DNA of 64,000 nucleotides from Paragordius varius (lineage: Eukaryota; Animalia; Nematomorpha): the NCBI GenBank assembly GCA_964247055.1, contig OZ176050.1, forward strand, positions 8,990,001 to 9,054,000. Direction: 5' to 3'. This document shows, in pieces, positions 52,055 to 64,000 of the stretch. The position numbers and the translations under genes were made by a program. Under the pieces are notes generated by a model. It saw nothing but the letters and a program-made list of their open reading frames with translations. It did no database searches and was not told the DNA's origin. Position 1 is the first letter of the stretch. Every line of letters begins with the position of its first letter.

Positions 52055-53271
52055 ATGGGAAGAGTCATACGAGCTCAAAGGAAAGGAAGAGGCAGTGTTT
52101 TTAAAGCGCATACCAAACACCGAAAGGGTGTTCCACAATTAAGAGCTATTGATTTTGCTGAAAGGCACGGTTATATTAAAGGCGTTGTTAAGGTATTTTT
52201 TTTTATATTTTTAGGATATAATTCATGATCCAGGTCGCGGAGCTCCCCTGGCCGTTGTTGTGTTTAGAGATCCATATCGATATAAATTAAGGAAAGAGCT
52301 ATTTATTGCTGCAGAAGGCATGTATACTGGTCAATTTGTATATTGTGGCAACAAAGGTAAGCAAGTTTATATGGCAATATGAAAATGGGTGTATCATTTA
52401 TTGATGTTCCAAAATATTAATTGCCTAAAATAATTATTTTTTCCACACCATCAATTTTATAACTAAATGGCACTATAAAAAATATACAATATTTATTAGC
52501 TAAACTTCAAATCGGTAATATACTCCCTCTGAGGCAAATGCCAGAAGGTACAGTTGTTTGCAATTTAGAGGAAAAAAGTGGCGATCGTGGAAAATTGGCA
52601 CGCACTTCTGGAAATTATGCGACAGTTATTGCACATAATCCTGAAACCAAAAAAACGCGAATAAAACTCCCTTCAGGCACAAAAAAACTGGTACCATCGA
52701 GTAATCGCGCTATGATTGGAATTGTTGCTGGGGGCGGCAGAATTGACAAACCGATTCTCAAAGCCAGTCGAGCCTATTACAAATATAAGGCTAAGCGAAA
52801 CAAATGGCCTAAAGTCCGGGGTGTTGCTATGAACGTAATTTTTTGTTTTAACAACACTGATTATATATGCTTTTTATATATATATTTAAAATCCATGGTA
52901 AATATAACTTAAAATAATTTACTGAAAGTTTTATGCCAAAAACCTGCAAAACTTAATCGAAACACTTTGTCTCTAATAATTATACATTTCTACATCCAAC
53001 TATTCGAATAATTTTTAGCTACAATGTTTATCATGGATCTTTAATAATTATTACTTACAAAGCCGATTGGTTTTGGAATCCTTACTTATGTATTTGTCCG
53101 AATATATTTTAGCCCGTGGATCATCCACACGGAGGTGGTAATCATCAACATATTGGTAAAGCTTCAACTGTACGTCGTGATGCCCCACCTGGTCGCAAGG
53201 TTGGGTTGATTGCAGCCCGAAGGACTGGACGTATTCGTGGTACTAAAGTCATTACCAAGAAAGATGAATAG
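52055..53271 (+). CDS. RPL8: 60S ribosomal protein L8 (uL2)
   Basis: Exons 52055-52192, 52215-52356, 52500-52834 and 53113-53271 give [11 protein letters not shown]...[13 protein letters not shown]...[22 protein letters not shown]...KKDE*. The first intron is 22 nt. Confidence 0.98.
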
Positions 53272-56200
53272 AATGATACATATATTATTAATTCAAATAA
53301 ATTTACATATTTATTGTGTTTGTATTTATAATTTTCTTACAGTCATTTTTAGATTGAAAAATAAGCTAAAAAATTTGACATTTTAGGGTATCTTAGGGAA
53401 TCATAAATATTTTGCTAGCAAAGGGTTTCAAGCACAATAGAGCAGATATATTTTGTCGAATCATACGGAAATTATTTACCATGTATTTAAAATCGATTCA
53501 ATAATAGTAATACAATATGCCAAAGTTTTTTTTAGCCCCTACCTTTTTTATCCACCAGTATCATTTAACACTTGTTTGTATTAAAAGAATATGGTTTAAA
53601 AGAATCATATAGTAAGAGATAAATGTATCAACTTTTTATGTTTTTGGGCTCACGAGAAAATTAAAAAAGTTATATCCAATTTTTTGTATATTAATCACAA
53701 ATTTGGGTTATACACAGTAGTTTAGTGCTTCAACATATCTTCATGTATTTTTAAAAGCCTCAATTATTTTATCTATAAGTCTCCCACTTTTAAATTACCA
53801 TTTAGTTTTTTAACCAATTTCTAATGCACTCTTTAATTGTTTAATTTGATAATTTTCAAATAAACTATTACTTTCAAAATTATTAAAAACTTGGATAAAA
53901 CCTATTTTTAGGATTTTCGCTTGTGGACAAAACAAATACCTGAATTATTCTAAAACAATTTATCTGCTATTGATGTCGCTTAAAAATAATATCAAAATAA
54001 GATTTGTTGAAAATTATTTAAATCGAATGTGTATTTATTCAAAAATTTATGAATTTTTAGAATCAAATTTTAAATTAAAAAATAAGGTGGTTGAATTTTA
54101 GCCATTATACATAAAATTAGTAATCAAATGGGGCTGTTTTCTCCTCTTTATAAATGTCCTTCTCTCACTTTTTATTATTTGATGTAATAAACGTGATACG
54201 TTAGCTAAAAGAAATATCTACTGGAATACCAAAATATTTTTTAATTTATAATAATTAATATTTTTTGATTGAGTAAAATTGTAGTTTGGGGTAGTTTCCT
54301 TTCCAATATAATGATGAAAAGCATTTGGAAATTTTTTCAGAAATTTTAATTTTAAAAATATATCCAAAATGCTGCTTCTAGTTTTTTATAATGATTTTAA
54401 GCTACTGCCCAACCGATAATAAATAATCATGTTCTAACTTAAGTAATAACAAGAGAACTTAAACTTCATATGTGTTTTCAAATTAATATTTTATTTTATC
54501 TTTTAATCCTATTTTATTGCGGTTGCGAAAAATAAACATTTGTAAAAAACTAGGCCACTGATTTAAAGTATTGATTTTATTTGGTTTTTAACAAAAATTT
54601 AAATTTGTTTCCAAAAAAATGGTAGAATATATTTATAAGCGAAGTATGCGTTTTTATTACAAATATTTATTTTGATATTATGAAGCCTCAATATTTATTT
54701 TGACTTTCTTTGGAAAACTTTTGTCCGTACAAAAAATCGTTGAGTTACGCCCAAGCCACATGTCTGTCATCCTGATTTAATATATATTATAAAATGCCTA
54801 TCCCGATGATACTTGGCTTTTTTGCATTATAACAATGGACAATTTTCAAAGTGACTTTAGCTCATATAAAAAATAATATAATTTTATTAACATTATATTG
54901 ATTATTTAATTGTTATTATATAATTATCAAACATCAAAAAAGTATTGTGATTGAAGGTTAGGACCAACTTATTAACAAAGAATTGATTGAATCAATAATT
55001 GACCAAAATAATTTCAGATTCAGTAACACTATTTTTTATCTTTTACAATTTTTGAAATGATCTTGGGTATAGCCCATCATAGGTGGCAACGTGCATAGCA
55101 TTGAATTTTCCAGAATGTATTGAAACATTTTTTAAAAATGCAATTGATGTTTACTTAGATTAAAACAAAATAAAGCTTTATTTTTCCTTGGTCTGGCTCT
55201 TGTGGAAAAAGAATCAAAAGCACATTTGTTATAGTTATATCCTTATTTTAACCATACATTTAAACAATCTTATTTATGAAAAATCATTTTATTTGCGCCG
55301 ATCACTATGGAGCTTATGAAACTAATAATACAATTTAAAGAAAGATTGCCAATAAACCTTGTTTAACTCTCCAATAAAATAAATAAATCTTTGAGATGCA
55401 ATAAAAATTATTATAATATATTTGATTTTTATATGTACTTTTGATTATAATTAGGCGCTCGCTAGTCTCAGCGTTAACTATTGCTAAGAATGCGTAAATA
55501 AAAAATAAATGAATAATTTTTTGTAAAAACAATAAAAATTGGATAAATATCAAAAATTTTTGAATCTAAAGATACAGCTTAATCAATTTTTCCGGAAAAG
55601 GTGTAATTTTTGTGCCATAGTCGTTAACATTGTGTTGATTACATAATCCACCTAATCGGATCTGTGTGATTCATCCTTATAAAGCAATAATATTCAGATA
55701 ATAAGTTCATTATGATTCTCATGGTGCTTTCGATTTTATGGTTTAATTAGATTATTTCTACTTTAGTGGTAGTCGCTTCATGATTAAGACATTGTGGTAT
55801 TTTTTTGGTAATAATGATATGTTTATTCAAAATATCTGTAAAAATGAAATTATACCAAACCGTCAAAATTAAAAGACAACATTTTTAAAAAGTACACCAT
55901 ATATTTTTTAACTTTTATGTAAAAATATCAATCATGGTACGAAATAAATAGAGATGTAAATTATGAATACACTCAATTATATAAATAAGAATCGTTAATA
56001 TAAAGCTTATAGAAGAAACAAATACTAAAAAAATGTGGTTGTCTCGTTAAAAAAACATTTATAATCTCAATTTTTACTGTATATTACAAATTATGTTTAA
56101 AAGGATAATAATATTAGAAAATTTAATGGTTTTAAGCTCGGGTTTTCTTACTTACGAAAGCGCCAAGATTGCATGATAATTTTTGAATAAGCAGATTCTG

Positions 56201-56713
56201 ACTAGGTTATTTTTCAAAAATGCATATCAAATTTTATATAAGCAAAATTTTATTGATTTCTTTGTAGTTTTGAAACGCAAAAACATACTACTTCATATTG
56301 CATCCATACATTAAAGTCCTTTGGTCTTTTGTCGCATTTTATACTCTTTGAGCAAGAATAACTAGAGTAAATTCCTTACGACATAGTAACCCCATATGAA
56401 CAAAAAATATGTAATTATGATTCTTTCAAATAAACTTAAATAATTAGCGTTAAAGTAGTAATTTCGATATCACCTAACTGTGAATGTATAGATTTTTTAA
56501 ACTAAGTATGTATCCTGGTTTCGTATTTGGTTGTTTAAAAAAACTGTTATCTTTAATTGTGGGAAAAAATAATAAGAATTTAAAGTTTATTAGTTACAAC
56601 ATATAATTTTTAGTATATATATATATAGAATTTAAAATACTGTAACAATCATTTTATCATTGATTGTCTACTAACATTGTATATATTATTACTTGCTCCC
56701 AAAAATATTTAAA

Positions 56714-57846
56714 ATGAAACGCAAATCTCTTGATGTATCAAAAACTAATTCAAAGAAACAAAAAATATCTCAAAACATGGCATCCGAAATAAAAAGTAAA
56801 TTCACTAAATGGAAAGGCAAACAGTCAACATCTAGCAAGAAATCTGATAGCAAACCCATAATGGGATCACAAAATAAAAATGGTAAGGGAAAAAGTTTGT
56901 ATAAACGGAGTCCTGTAACAAAACCTATGAAATCGGTAAAAAATAAAATCGGGACAGCAGCAAAAACCCCAAGGAAGAACATTAGAAATAACAACAGTTG
57001 TACTACCAAACATAAGAGCCCTCAATCGAGTAAGAACAAAAGTCCCAAAGTGAATCGCAAATATGGAATGCCTAAAGTAAATAAAAAAGAGATGAATTTT
57101 TCCAAAAAACGTGTAATCAAAGATAATAAAAACGTGGAACACAATAAGAGATTAAAAATGGCGGATAACATACCTCTTGAAATCAAGACATCAAATTTAA
57201 ACTTAAGTATCCTATGTCACAATAATTCGATTTCAGAGTTAAAGATTGAGAAAAAAATTGACAACACTATAAGTGAACATATTAGCATCACTAATAAGGA
57301 CACTAAAGAGACTGCTATACGAATTGTGCGGGCAAATATATCAGCTAAACAAGAAATGCTGGAAAATGTTGTTGAAACCCCAAGAAGTGAAACCAATTGT
57401 ATTCACAGTAGAAGTGAGGTCAGACAATCTATTGCCAATCGATTACCTGCTTATTATACCCATAGAGTTATTAGCGGGAAACGGGCGTCCTATCGTTCGT
57501 GTGTATGGCGAACTCGGTCGGCAGATGCCCGCAAATCATCGCCAATGCCGAGAATGAAAACACTAAATATAATGTGTTCAAAGTAAGGCCTACCTTTTTT
57601 ACATGCATACTTAATATAATTAGCCATAATATTATCTACTCTTACATCATTATTTTTAGATGTAAATGTTCGTACTTTGGAAATAGTGATTCAAATGATG
57701 ATCTCCCGTACATTAGAAGGAGAAGAGGTAGAATTTTTACAGAGCCAGTACCTATCTGTCCGTTGCCCGGCCAGGAAAACAGTCATAATCTGCCAGACAT
57801 CATGGGGTCCGGTTGCTTAGCCCCTATATTTTCATCCCATTTTTAA
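56714..57846 (+). CDS. Unassigned lysine/serine-rich basic protein, about 351 aa, two exons
   Basis: Long ORF from ATG 56714, then a GT-AG intron at 57583-57659 that joins in phase to the second ORF ending at 57846. No family recognised. Confidence 0.55.
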
Positions 57847-59269
57847 CGTATACTTTAGCTATTATTGGTTAATCCAAGCAAAACTCTTAATTTTAGATAA
57901 TTTGAGTAGTTGCATACAATTCAAATAAAAGAAAATTATATTTTGGAATATGCCGTTCTATTATTATTCAATATATGAATCAATATAGATCCAATCCAAC
58001 AACAATCGAAATTATATCATTTTCAACAGATTCTAATTTTTATGGATAGCAATGCTGGTTTTAATGTAATATATAATTTGCCCTATTCCTCCCTTAATTT
58101 ATAATTCCCCTAAGAAGAACAAAACTTCTAAAACAATGAATCTGCCAATTCATTGTCTCTCCTAATCCTTAATATTGCAAATATATTTATACAGATACAA
58201 TATTTATATATATGCTTCATAAAAGATAACAGAACATATGGATTATAAATGTATATGACAACAGATAAAAGCTTAAACGCCACATGTTTCACCGCCTACA
58301 TTTAACCATTCATATGGCCAAAATGATCAGAAAATATCGGAAACAATCAGCAGAATTAATAAAATTAGAATACCGAGTAAGCAGAGTTTGGTTCAAAGAA
58401 GGGAAAAACCGTCAATTTCCTAATTACATGTTTAAAATTAAAAAGGCAGTTGATAACAATAATCTTTTTATAACTGATACGAGAGTCAAGTAGTATCAGT
58501 GACAAAAATTGAAGTTTATTTCTTCAAATATCTTGAAATTACAACTACACTCCGATTTCAACTTTGGATCATTAATACATTTGACAACATAATAGATGCT
58601 TTAAATCGCCACATCTTTCACAGCTTCTTATCATTGCACAATTCGTCAAAAAAATTTATAAAAAAGATTTGGCTACTGGGTTAAATTCTATATAATAATC
58701 AGTAAAAGTTACGTAACTGATTGCACCAACGAAACATAAAACCGCCAATTCCCAAAATAAATGTTATATAAAATCAATAAGCTTCTTTTAATTAACCTAT
58801 AAGTTTAACCACAATAAGGACGGGTGAAACCGAGTCAATCTAACCTGATAGTTTCAGTCTAGACATATCTTGCAATCAAAGAGTCATATTAGACACAGAA
58901 TTTCTATCACTTATAAATAACAGTATTAAAATAAACATATATCAATGTCTCTGCACTAAACCAAATTTTAAATGGCTTATGAAATAATTTATATGGGTAT
59001 GGGATATACATTTACATAATAAGATTAGACACGTCCTGCTGTGTATGGCAATCCTTACAAAATACCTCCCGATTTATTTTAAAAATACAGGAAACCTATG
59101 TAAAAACCAAAAATAAATGTTAAAAACAATTAAATATATTGGAATTATATGGTAAATATGCGTTTTGTTGTGAAAATTTTTTAACTATTCTATAGTTTGT
59201 AATTTGAATTAATCTCACGGTTGAGGTATATTAATGTTTTATGTATGGTTTCAACTTCACATAGATTTC

Positions 59270-59274
<5 letters not shown>

Positions 59275-59319
<45 letters not shown>
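59275..59319. repeat. (AT)n microsatellite
   Basis: AT run of about 45 nt with one interruption. Confidence 0.9.
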
Positions 59320-59694
59320 TATTGTTGTGGAGCTTGTAGTCGATTATCGACCATTAGCGATTTTATAGGAAAACTTCCTCTACTCGGTTCTGTCGTGGGC
59401 TTTTTGAGATGGTTTTTTCAAGACATTTTGAAAAGTGATAAAATTTTACTTATCCAACAAATACGTCCTCTTCTCTTGCCATTTATTTTTCCTAACATCA
59501 TTCATTTTCCAAAAAATGTCCTCGAATTATGCGTCCAAAATAACCGAATTTTTGATTAATCATTTTACCACGAGCGTTGTTTGTGCGTTGATTTCGCTTA
59601 CAATATCTATGTTCTTCACTTTGTCCTTCCATGTTATACCTAGTTTTTTCATCCAAAACATTTTAAAAGCGTTTATTTTTTTCTCGTCATGATT

Positions 59695-61330
59695 TATTAG
59701 GGTGCAGCTTTCACAGCCGTATAAAATGATAGGAAATATATGCTTTTTTAGTCGGATTTTTTAGATGTATATGATGAGATTTCCATATTTTTGAGAGGAC
59801 AAATCGCATTTGGCGACAGCTATACGTCGTTTTATGTTATGTGAACTGGAGGATTTGTTGATAATGCTTCTAAGATATATGTATTCGTTAACCACTTGAA
59901 TTGTTTCATTATTAATCCGAAGCAAGTCTAAGGAATAAGGGGAGTCGATGTGTAATTTTTTAATTTTGTTGAGATTTAGTGTTATATTGTATTTTTTGCA
60001 CACATTTATAAAAGTTCGAAGACTGTTTTAAAGGTTTTTTTGTGAATTGGCTAAGATTACTGTGTCGTCGGCTTGTGGAGAGTGGCCAGAGTATAAACCC
60101 CCACTTTTATTCCCGGGAGACTTCAATTCCTTGTGATGCATTCCAAATGAATGTTGAACATCATGGGGGGTAAAATGCAGCCTTGACGCAAACCTATGTT
60201 TATTGGGATCTAGGCCATCTGGCCATGCGGAGTGCCAAGTGATAGGAATGAATAGGCGTATATGGATTTGATTAGTTTGATTAAGGGATCGGAAAGTCCT
60301 ATTTGTTTAAGGGTCTTCCAAAGTATGTCGTTTTAAACGGTATCAAAGGCTTTAGAGAAATCCACGAAGCATAAGTATAGCTCATTTTGGAATTCAAAAT
60401 TTTTTTCCCTATCAATCTAATGTTTAAGATCATATCTCGGCATCCTTTTTTCCTCTAAGGCCTGCCTAAGTCAATGAGATTTCCGGATTGGCATATTGTA
60501 AACGATTTTGTATTATTTTTAAAAATTTGAGGTTTGGTTAATTAATGCTATTGTGCGGTAGTTTTCACATACTTTGGGATCGCCCTTTTTGAATATCGGA
60601 ACCATTAGAATTTTGTTCCAGTCCGCCTATTTCTTAAGATTTTTTGGAATAAAGAGTGTATTTATTTTATGGGAATGTCCTTGGTAGCTCTGTAGGAGTG
60701 TCGTTAAATACCGCTGTTTTGCCGGTTGATGAGTGTGTCAGGGCCCATTCGATTTCTTTCATTAGTATTGGTGGGTCGTTAATTTGTTAAAGTTTCATAG
60801 CGATTTTATTTGATTGTTTTGCGAACAAGTTTTGCAATTCTTGCCAAAGTTTAATTACTTCTTTCTTATCCGTAAGTTTTTCGTTTGATGAGACATGGGA
60901 CCTTTACAATTTGCTTTTGCCCGGGAAAATGTCTTTAATGTAGGAGAAAAAGTTGTAATTAACTTTGGCAGCTTTCTCTAGATTAGCGCAGATTGTATCA
61001 TGAGACTCTTTGTCGGATTTAATTCTTTTTTGCAGTTTATTATTAATATTTTTGTACTCAAGGGGAGTGCCCTTGAATTTTGCTTTTCTTCTCTGATCGA
61101 TTAAGTCGATGCTTTGTCGTGATATGGTGAGTTTTTTATTTTTGTTTGGGGCTGGTGGTAAGTGTCCTTGGCTGTTTCAGTAGTAATTTTGTAAATAGTT
61201 GACCAAATGTCATCAGTGTTTAATGTTTTATGGTTTAAGGATTCGATTGTTAGGGGTTGGAGTTCGACAGTCAGGTTTGTAGTTTAATTTGGTTTCGAAG
61301 AAGTTTTTTTGTGGAAGTTGTAATTATTTT
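59695..61330 (-). mobile_element. Degenerate RTE/BovB-like LINE ORF fragment
   Basis: Minus-strand GDPKVCENYRTIALI, LCFVDFSKAFDTV, GLRQGCILPP, VVNEYIYL and IFPIILYGCES are present, with many stops and frameshifts. Confidence 0.85.
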
Positions 61331-62257
61331 GGCAATTAAAAGGTTATGATCTGAATTAGAGTCTGCGCTCGCATAGCATCAAATGTTCTGGAATGAGCTT
61401 TTGTAACTTTCCATGCCCAATATATAATCTATTTGGTATGGCCCTTTAGAGACATTATTAAAAACTAAAATATTAAATGGTAATTATACTGAGGTTCGGT
61501 AATGCGCGACCCGCGATATCTAGATATCATAAAAATAAAGAAGTGTAGTAATGTGGCTTGTCACAATCAGAATAATAAAAAACTTAATTTTTTGCCCAAA
61601 TTTTCCCATTATTAGTATGAAAGGGTTGCTTAAAAAATGTAATATTCTTTCTTCGGGCTAGTTTGCTGTGAATTTATATGACAGCACAACACGTGAATGG
61701 ATCCTTGAAAATTGTCTTAAAATTCTTAGGGCCATTCACCAGCTGAATGAGCCTTCCTCATCCTGTTGAGATAGAGGAATTTTTAATCCTGTTTTTTTCA
61801 GGATTAAGGTTATTACAAAAGCCGATATCTCGAGAACTAGAAAGAATTTTTGGAATCTGCAAACTGTATTAGCCTAAATAAAGTATATTTAATATATATA
61901 TGGTAGGTTTTGGAAATTTTGGACATGGATTAAAAAATATTTTTCTGGCAAATGCTTACGAAAGGTTATAATGTTTTAGTGCTATATTTTTATATATTTA
62001 GGCAAGAAATAGTAGTAAGATAAAGAAGTTATCTTACAATAATTATATTAGATTTACCTGCTCTGAAAGGGCCGTGATTTTATAAGCCAGTCTTTCAACT
62101 GAATATTTATAATATCCTTAAATACAATAACTGAAGATATATTTTATCAAAAATCTGCAATATGACATCATATAAATTTTTTCCATCATCATGTAAAACC
62201 ATTATAAATGGTAATATGAGGAGTACTATCAAGTATTGTTATTAATTTATATTTTTA

Positions 62258-62416
62258 CTCTGCTGAAACTTTTGGGACTACTGCTCTGCCACATGTTAAT
62301 CCTCTGGGTGGGAATAATCGGTAATATATCCTTATCAATTTCTATGTAATAATTTTTACGTTTCGTTTAATATTTTTAGCTCTGTTGAAACTTTTGGGAC
62401 TACTGCTCTGCCACAT
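62258..62416 (+). repeat. 37-bp direct repeat pair with one mismatch
   Basis: ctctg(c/t)tgaaacttttgggactactgctctgccacat at 62258-62294 and 62380-62416. Confidence 0.85.
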
Positions 62417-62835
62417 ATTCCATATACAATTACCGGTAGAGAGCGCGGGTATTATATTGTTTATTTTCAGATATAATATTTATATATGTGTGTGATTTTG
62501 TTTTATATCAAAATAGCAAGGACAGGGCAATTATAATGTCGTGCGCCCCATAATAAGCTTTTTTAGGATCACGGATTTAATGATTTTTATTTTTCGTTGC
62601 AAAAAGTCTGTACCATATATTTCCGATTTTTATATAAATATGGGACATTATTATATGTAATAGTTGACAAACAATATAATTAGTTTTAAAATATATATAT
62701 GACAAAATTTTTTGGTGTTCCAAATTGGTCCTTAAATCTCAAGGCCAGAGATGTCCGACTTAAATGCTTGCAAGGGCCGCATGTTGGTTGCTGCTTAAGA
62801 AATGTGAAATACATGTTTTATTTTATGCATAAAAT

Positions 62836-63930
62836 GTATGTTAATATACTTTTAAGGGGTAACCGAAAACGCAAAATAAGAAATCGCCGAACAATTCCCA
62901 CATATGATATGCCGATATTATTACGCAATACAACAAATGCATTAGATTTTATTACTAATGAAATATACCCACCTGGAACAAGAAAATTGCGCAACGGATC
63001 ACTGTCCTATAGAGAGCGGGTGGAGATATATATAAGATATCTATCGGATCCTGGCTACCAATCAGGAGTGGCCCAGGACTACGTTATAGAACGTAGTTCT
63101 TTGACCAAAATAGTGCAGGAAGTTGCTCCACTGTGTTCTAACTTGCGCATAAAGTGGATGCAACTTCCCCAGGATCGAAATGACATGGAGAGAGCTAGAA
63201 ATCTTTGGCTATCCCGATTCAAGCTACCTTATATTGTGGGTGCAATTGATTGCACTCATATTGAAATAAAACAGCCTACACAATTTCTCCAATATTATAT
63301 TAATCTTAAAGGATATTTTTCATTGAATGTCCAAGTCACTGTTGACGCCGAAAAATTTACCTCCATAGAGGTTAATTCACCGGGAGGCATACATGGTGCC
63401 AGGATCTATAGCAACTCTCTTATCAGATCGATCCTGGAAGATATGGCAGAGTTGGTAGTTTGTTAGGTGATAGTGTGACAAAAAACCATTATCACACTAT
63501 TAAAGACACCCACAGCAGCGCACGAGATAAGGTATAATTATCTCCAGAGCAAAGAACGCATGTTGGTAGAGCGTGTGCTCGGTCAATGGAAGAGGGTATT
63601 TCCCATCTTAGGCAATAAGATCCGTGTCAAGACGGAAATCGTCACTGATTTGATACAATCATGTGGGGTATAGTTCAATATAGGTATATTTTATATTTAA
63701 TATGCGAATTTTACAGCATTTATATATCTATCTATAAGAAATATGTTCATTTTAGTTTGTACTCCATGAAATTATTTTTAATATTATAGGGAAGTACCTA
63801 AAAGCTATCGGTAATATTGAGGAGAACGAATTTGTAGGCCCATCAGACGATGAGACGGAGCCAATATCCAGTAGTCGGCAGGCAGGAATCGATAGAAGGA
63901 ATGATATTATGCTATATATTATTATTAATA
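62836..63930 (+). pseudogene. PIF/Harbinger (HARBI1-like) transposase pseudogene
   Basis: VGAIDCTHIEI, NLKGYFSLNVQ, then LLGDS and RMLVERVLGQWKRVF in shifted frames. The usual HD in the PGSxHD motif reads HG. Frameshifts and stops are present. Confidence 0.85.
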
Positions 63931-64000
63931 ATTTATGATTTACTATATTTATATAAATGCCAAATATATATTTATAACATATATTTATCTTGTAAAATAT

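Noticed and set aside
1456-57142. Antisense ORFs over real exons (1456-1725, 4007-4195, 10163-10366, 10629-10991, 56770-57009, 56867-57142)
   Set aside because: These are shadow frames caused by the biased composition of the sense exons, with no recognisable motifs.
1-64000. Non-standard genetic code or stop-codon readthrough
   Set aside because: Every in-frame stop in the conserved genes is removed by a canonical GT-AG intron, and the genes end in ordinary TAA or TAG codons.

Overview
AT-rich, intron-containing animal genomic DNA; the standard genetic code fits every gene I could assemble. The taxon cannot be fixed from the sequence, but 21-29 nt spliceosomal introns suggest a compact-intron invertebrate lineage (inference). 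Eight host genes were assembled by hand from splice phases: a ZFC3H1/Red1-like zinc-finger gene (-, runs off the left edge), a very long CREB/CREM-family gene (+), a HAD-phosphatase/choline-dehydrogenase fusion (-), CCT8 (+), CDC40/PRP17 (-), an alkaline ceramidase (+), RPL8 (+) and an unassigned basic protein (+). The first six form three head-to-head pairs with only 55-86 nt between start codons. Mobile DNA includes a mariner relic, two RTE-type LINE fragments, a hAT MITE, a Harbinger pseudogene and two inverted ~2 kb Helitron-like repeats built from ~310 bp units. The strongest candidates for new biology are (1) the HAD + choline dehydrogenase fusion, which has intact catalytic motifs and a second presequence-like linker, and (2) a CRE cluster plus a possible internal start inside the CREB gene, resembling ICER-type autoregulation. 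All exon models are manual and need RNA evidence.
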